A stretch of DNA of 63,698 bases, the filler included, from Collodictyon triciliatum (Eukaryota), in the NCBI GenBank assembly GCA_043381765.1. It is 6 parts of 6 records of this genome, joined end to end, with 100 filler letters (N's around TTAATTAATTAA, not from the genome) between each part and the next. Parts side by side here need not be neighbours in the genome. Positions count along the whole stretch, not along the records: positions 49,715 to 62,038 come from JBHJMP010002201.1; positions 62,139 to 63,698 come from JBHJMP010002273.1; 4 more parts are not named here. One strand, 5' to 3'. Of this stretch, positions 57,730-63,698 are shown in pieces (the first letter of the stretch is position 1; each line of letters begins with the position of its first letter). The notes below the pieces were generated by a model that worked only from the letters and a program-made list of their open reading frames with translations, was not told the origin of the DNA and did no database searches. Both the position numbers and the translations under genes were made by a program.

Positions 57730-60700
57730 GAGGAAAGCTCCTTGGCACCTGACGTGACTGAATGGACGACCGAGCAGATCGGTACTTATTTTCCACAGAG
57801 CCTTATCATTACTATTTTTTTCAAGAGAAAAGGTCTCGTACTTTGTTTTAGTGAAGTTATACTGCGCCAATAACTCGCGAAAAAAAAAAAGACAAAAAAT
57901 CATGAGATATTATTCAAAGTCCTTTCATCTTCTATCTTGGTAAAGAGGTGGACGAAATATAAGAAAATAAAAATAAAAAAGGACTCGAAGGACTTTCCAT
58001 ATTACATGATTTAACATCAGCACCATTTTGTCCCAATTATGTATCTGATTTAACGTTTTCTTATTTGTCTCATTGTGCATTTATTTATTTATTTTTAATG
58101 GCCTATATGCTTATTTTCCTGGAAGGGAGCTTCGGAGAAGAATCTTTCAGCCTCCTCTTCAGTATGAGGAGCGAGTTTTACCTTCACCCACACCACAGCA
58201 GATTCTAGAGGAACTCCATTATGACTTTCCGCTCACCAACACAAATGAAATGAAGGTTTTTCTTCTATACATTTTGACTTTGAAAATTTAGCATACATCA
58301 GATGCAAAATTCACCATCGTCATTGGTTTGTTTATCGACTTTCATTCAAGATTCTGTTGGAATTCTTCCATCGCCAGCTATCGGGCAAAGACGCACCAGA
58401 AATACCAGTGAACAACCGGCTTTGTTTGGGATTATTGTATCTATCAAGGAAACCTCATCATAATCCAACAACCTCGAAGAATGACGATGGTATTCAGATG
58501 TCAAAGATTGCTATTTATATGATGATACTTGACTATGAATTTTCCATCAATTTTCTTTTTACCTACCTCCAAATGTATACAAATGATATATTTAACTCCT
58601 ATAAATCCATATCCAATTCACCAAACCCTTGTCTATAGGAGAACCAGTCTTCGACAGCCTTGATGAAAAAACGCCACCCACCACAGCGAAACTTTGCAGC
58701 AGCTACTTTATCAAACTCCCGGCCATGCTTTGGAGGTAAATTCAGTTAGTTGAAATATTGTCTATAGGCAACTTTTGAATTAGTTAGTTGGCTCTTGAGT
58801 TTGCTGACTTCCTTTATTTTGCCAACAAGAATACACGACACGGAGCACTTAAAAGTTTACAGTATTTTAAAGGACCTTACTACCGAAACGAAGGAGGAAT
58901 TACCTGCGGTAATTAACATAGTGTATTATAATTTCATCACGGATTAAGAGGAAAAAGAATTTACGCACTTATTAGTAATGGGTAGATAAACAGATAAAGC
59001 GAGACTAAAATTAATTATAACTCGTAGCCAGCTCCTGTTATGGAGCAGAAAGATGAAACTGAGGTATGTTCAGAAATTAATGTAGATGTAAATCATATGA
59101 AAATATGGGTATATGTTACGGTAAAGCGGCGATGTAGGCAAGGATTTTTATTACCTTTCACACGTCCTTTCTTTTTTTAGTATGAGGAAATTTATGCAGA
59201 AGAGGACCCTGAAGATTTTGTCTACGAAGATATTTACCCTCCCAAGGTAGAAGAATCTGCAATACCTTCTCCCTCAGCGCAAATCACTTCGTATGAGATA
59301 TCTGCCAAGTAAGCATATGGATATACATATATATGTTTAGCCGAACGAGCAATCAGTTCGATAACATTTAGAAAAGACATCACACCCAAAACTTTTTTGA
59401 TAACAATATGTAATTTTCCTTTGTTTTTTCTTTTTAGTGCCCAAAAAAAAGATATTATCCAGTCAAACCGTATCAAACTTTTGTATTTGATGGCACAAGT
59501 GAATTCAGATGATGTCCTACACGAAGACTGGGTTTATGATGGGTTGGCGGATGTCCTGTTTCAAATTATAGACGAGATTCGATCGAGTAAAGACTCCCGA
59601 GGATATCTTACCCATTTGATATTCCTGTTACGAGATTTCATCTTGGTAGCCCCATATTTTTTTCAATTTGATCGAAAACAGATGAGGCAGAGTATTATAT
59701 GAGCTGAAACGTAAATTAGTGGAAAAGGCAAATCTGATCATAATACCACTGAGAACATGCCGTAATACTGGGAAAAAATAATAATCTTATACCTCTTCTT
59801 TCAAGAACAATCCAGACCAGATGCCGGGAATATTGCCACATCTCCTTCAGTCGTGTCGTGTAAGTGTTGTGATGAGAGAGGAGAGACTAGATTATTGGAA
59901 ATTCATATGACCACAAAACAATATTCTTAATGCTACCCTGATAGGTCCCTAGCGATTCCTTTGAGTGGAAAATTGACGAGGAGGATGCGCTTTTCGGATT
60001 GAGCCTATACTTGTCGATTCTTTCGGCTGTATGCGGAATGTATTTAATTATTATACGAATACCATTTTCCTTTTTTCCTCATCATGACGGAAGTGGCGAT
60101 TCATTTTTGAATGATTTATTATTTATAAAGTAAAATATTCATCCAACTTTTTTTTTTAAAAAAAAAGTTACTTAAAATATCATTTTATTCATGTATCCCA
60201 TTTTTAAAAATTATATCAAAAGCCAGAAGAAGAGCGGTTCATGTTCCCAGCATATTATTGAATGCATCGAGAAAGATTTTGATATTTTGATTAATCGTTT
60301 GGGACACTTATCGGACGAGGTACTTAATTACATTCTTTTACATTCTTTTGTATATGTGAAATGAGGAAACTAATTCTCTTGACACTAATGACTCAGAAAG
60401 AAAAATGATTTTCTGACCTTTTTTTTCTTCAAAAAAAAATCAACAAGTCAAACTTTGTGAAGGGACATCAATCTTCATTGAGCGAACTTCAATCTGTAAT
60501 GACCTTTATTGAAATTTTTTTTCCTTTATTCGATTCAAAGTGTAGCGAGGTTATGCCACCTTTATTGAAAAATGAAATTCAGTTTTTTTATTTTCACTAT
60601 GTCTCGTCTTTTTCTATTCGCTTATAAAAAAAATACTGTATTCAGATATCCCAAATCCTCGAATTTTATGTCAAGCACACAAGAAATGGACAGAAGCTAA

Positions 60701-61943
60701 TCTCCAGCGGGGCTATATCGTACCTTTTGTCTATCTGGGTTGGAACGATATCTGCGGTAATAAAAAAAAAGCCCGTAGAGATATGTATATATCAAATAAT
60801 CCTTCTTTATCACATCATTATATGACTGTAGAGTGAAATTCCGTGGGCAAGAGATGCATTACTAACAATGGCCCTCCATAACCGGGAGATTTCGCATTAT
60901 TTAGCCCAAGTTTTTCCATTTAATTCTCCGTTATGAAACAAGTATTCTTGTGGCGCATTTGTTTTCAAAGAAAAATAGATTGACCAGAATATCCCATGAG
61001 TCGATTTAATGATGTTATTTCTTTGATAGGTTCCATTCTTCAACGAAATTATATGCTCAAGAGAAGCAAATCAAGTGAGTGTGCAATCAAATGTTACCTC
61101 ACTCATTTATCCAATATGTGGCGAATCTTGGCTCTTTCTTTTTTCTTTTTTTTTTGAAAAGTGGTACATAATTTCACATTTGCTGGTGTTCTTTTAGTTA
61201 TTCTCTCTTTACCCCGTGGACTCCATTGCTTGGACGGTTGTTATGGGGTATACGTTGAGCAGTCAAAGGTTGTCTTTACTCCAACTGGCTGGTAATGCTG
61301 ATTCAAAAAAATGTCTGTTGGGATTTCATTTGTTATCTAGAATGATTTTATCCACAATATGAAAATATCATCAGATTACAATAAAACGAATCAAGCAAAA
61401 TAAATGGATTCCGTTGTAGGCGAGCGTGCCAGCACTATTGCCGACAAAAAGCACGAATCGAAGCTACACATCCTTCTCGTTCGGTATTATTTCCCACAGC
61501 TCGCATACCTCTCGTACTTTGAAAGCTAAAATAATGTTAATTTCTGTATAAAAAATAAAGAAATTGGAGTTCTATTGAAAATAAATTGCACTTCTTTTCT
61601 CCTTCCCATCCCCCTTGCTGTGGTACTACAGCCTGCACCAATATTGTACGTTCGGTCAAGCAGACAGCTCAGTTCTGTTTTCCAAAGGGTCGCCGATGGA
61701 AATCTTCCTTGGCAAAGTAGAAATGCAGGTTCTGCATCCCCAAAGAAATTTTTGTATGCTCTTGAAGGAAACTTTTCATTCTCGATATTGTAACAAAGCC
61801 AAATCATTCATCAACACTAACCCACCCAGGTGAAGTCAAAGGAAGACCCGTGTTTGGAGGAATTGGATTCGATATCCCAGAGAAAACACCAGATATTGAA
61901 GCTTATCAAGCAACTTCGCCCAGAATCACGGAAAACAGACTAA
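57730..61943 (+). CDS. Multi-exon hypothetical protein, probably alpha-helical; start not identified
   Basis: About 18 AG/GT-bounded coding-like exons (e.g. ELRRRIFQPPLQYEE, IKLLYLMAQVNSDD, ISQILEFYVKH), ending LRPESRKTD* (TAA). No family recognised. Confidence 0.65.
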
Positions 61944-62138
61944 AGCTTGTTTTTTTTTTTTTTTTTTTTTTTTTTTGCCCTAAAACTCCTTTTATAATTT
62001 TTTTTTTTTTTGGATAGAGGGTTGAAAAAAGTTGGATTNNNNNNNNNNNNNNNNNNNNNNNNNNNNNNNNNNNNNNNNNNNNTTAATTAATTAANNNNNN
62101 NNNNNNNNNNNNNNNNNNNNNNNNNNNNNNNNNNNNNN

Positions 62139-63698
62139 GATCTCGCGGAAATATCTTCTGCTATTTGAGTTTTTTCCTTAACCGATGGGGCTTGTTGATT
62201 GATTACGGCATGGCTCTGATTTTTCAGTGGAGGGAGTGCACGATTTGGAGTGAAGATGTTTAATTTTGTATTAGTTGGGGGCTGAACACCCATAACTGAG
62301 CTTTCATCGGCAGATGGTTCATCCCAAGAACCAAAATCTCTTATTTTTCATCATCATCATCATCATCATCATCAATCAGCATCATCATCAAAAATGAGGC
62401 TCTTTTGCGTTTAATTTTGACTAGTCGGCTCTTTATTCAGCTCCTTTCTTGCTTCCCGATTTCTTGATTCTTTTCTTGTTCAAATCTTCTTGTTCGATTT
62501 TCTTGAGCCTTTCCTTGTTTCGAACCCTTTCTTGTTCGATTTTCTTGAGTCTTCTTGCGCCAGCTCGTTCTTGTCGATTTTCTTTGAGTCTTTCTTTTCA
62601 GCTCTTTCTTGTTCCGATTTTCTTGATTCTTTCTGTTCAAGTCCTTCTTGTTCAGTCCTTTCTCAGTTTCGATTTTCTGGAGTCTTCTTGTTCAGCTCTT
62701 CTTCGCAGCTCTTCTTTTTCGATTTTGAGTCTTTCTTCGATTATTTATCTTCAAGCTCTTTCTTGCTCACTCTTTCTTTGCTCGATTTTCTTGAGTCTTT
62801 TCTTTTCCAAGTCTTCTTGTTCATTTTCTTGATTTCTTTCTTCTTCACCCTTTCTTGTTCGATTTTCTTGAGTCTTTCTTGCTCAGCTCGTTCTGTTCAT
62901 TTTTCTGATCCTTCTTGTTCAGCTCTTTTCTTGCTCCAGCTCGTTCTTGTTCGTTTTCTTGAGTCTTTCTTTCAGCTCTTTCTTGTTCGATTTTCTTTGA
63001 TTCTCTTCTTGTCAGTCCTTCTTGTTTCGATTTTCTGGAGTCTTCTTCTTTCAGCTCTTTCTTGCTCAAGCTCGTTCTTGTTCGATTTTCTTTGAGTTCT
63101 TTCTTGGTTCAGCTCTTTCTTGCTCAGCTCTTTCTTGCTCAGCTCTTTCTTGCTCGATTTTCTTGAGTCTTTCTTTTTCAGCCCTTTCTTGTTCGATTTT
63201 CTTGATTCTTTCTTGTTCAGCCCTTGACTTTCTCGTGTTACGAATTTTCTTGAGTCTTTCTTGCTCAGCTCTGTCTGTTCGATTTTCTGGAGTCTTTCCT
63301 TGTTAGCTCTTTCTTGGCTCAGCTCGCTCCTTGTTGATTTTCTGGATCTTTCTTGTTCAGCTCTTTCTTGTTCATTTTCTGAGTCTTTCTTGTTCAGCTC
63401 GTTCTTGTTCGATTTTCTTGATTCTTTCTTGTTCAGCCCTTTCTTGTTCGATTTTCTTGAGTCTTTCTTGTTCAGCTCGTTCTTGTTCGATTTTCTTGAT
63501 TCTTTCTTGTTCAGCCCTTTCTTGTTCGATTTTCTTGATTCTTTCTTGTTCAACTCGTTCTTGCTCAGCTCTTTCTTGTTCGATTTTCTTGAGTCTTTCT
63601 TGTTCAACTCTTTTTTGTTCAGCTCGTTCTTGTTCGATTTTCTTGAGTCTTTCTTGATTGGTGCTACTTTCTTCTACATCTTCAACTTGATGCTTAGC
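62139..63698 (-). CDS. Fragment of a repetitive E/Q/R/K-rich helical protein, frameshifted in this assembly
   Basis: Minus strand reads (EQERAEQERLKKI)n-type repeats, then an Asp run and DFGSWDEPSADESSVMGVQPP. The frame shifts repeatedly. Confidence 0.6.

Overview
Eukaryotic nuclear DNA from an intron-rich protist, probably flagellated; the taxon cannot be fixed from sequence. Introns are AT-rich and full of microsatellites. The window is several contigs joined by artificial N-TTAATTAATTAA-N linkers, so gene order across linkers is not trustworthy. By manual splicing I recognise a malic enzyme with an N-terminal extension, a DUF1445 D-glutamate cyclase with one in-frame TAG, an ERICH3/FSIP2-motif protein, NELF-B, a tandem-PAS protein, an Afi1/MesA protein, an LPAAT/PlsC acyltransferase, a myosin VI-like heavy chain, a bZIP exon and several hypothetical proteins. 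The most interesting signals are: (1) three genes sharing one Ig-fold DNA-binding domain, fused to IPT/TIG, fused to a STAT-like linker plus degenerate SH2, or standing alone; (2) two GC-rich islands where synonymous sites flip from G-ending to C-ending at a central point; (3) a myosin with an insert-2-like segment; (4) frequent GC-AG introns. All family assignments come from remembered motifs, not database searches.
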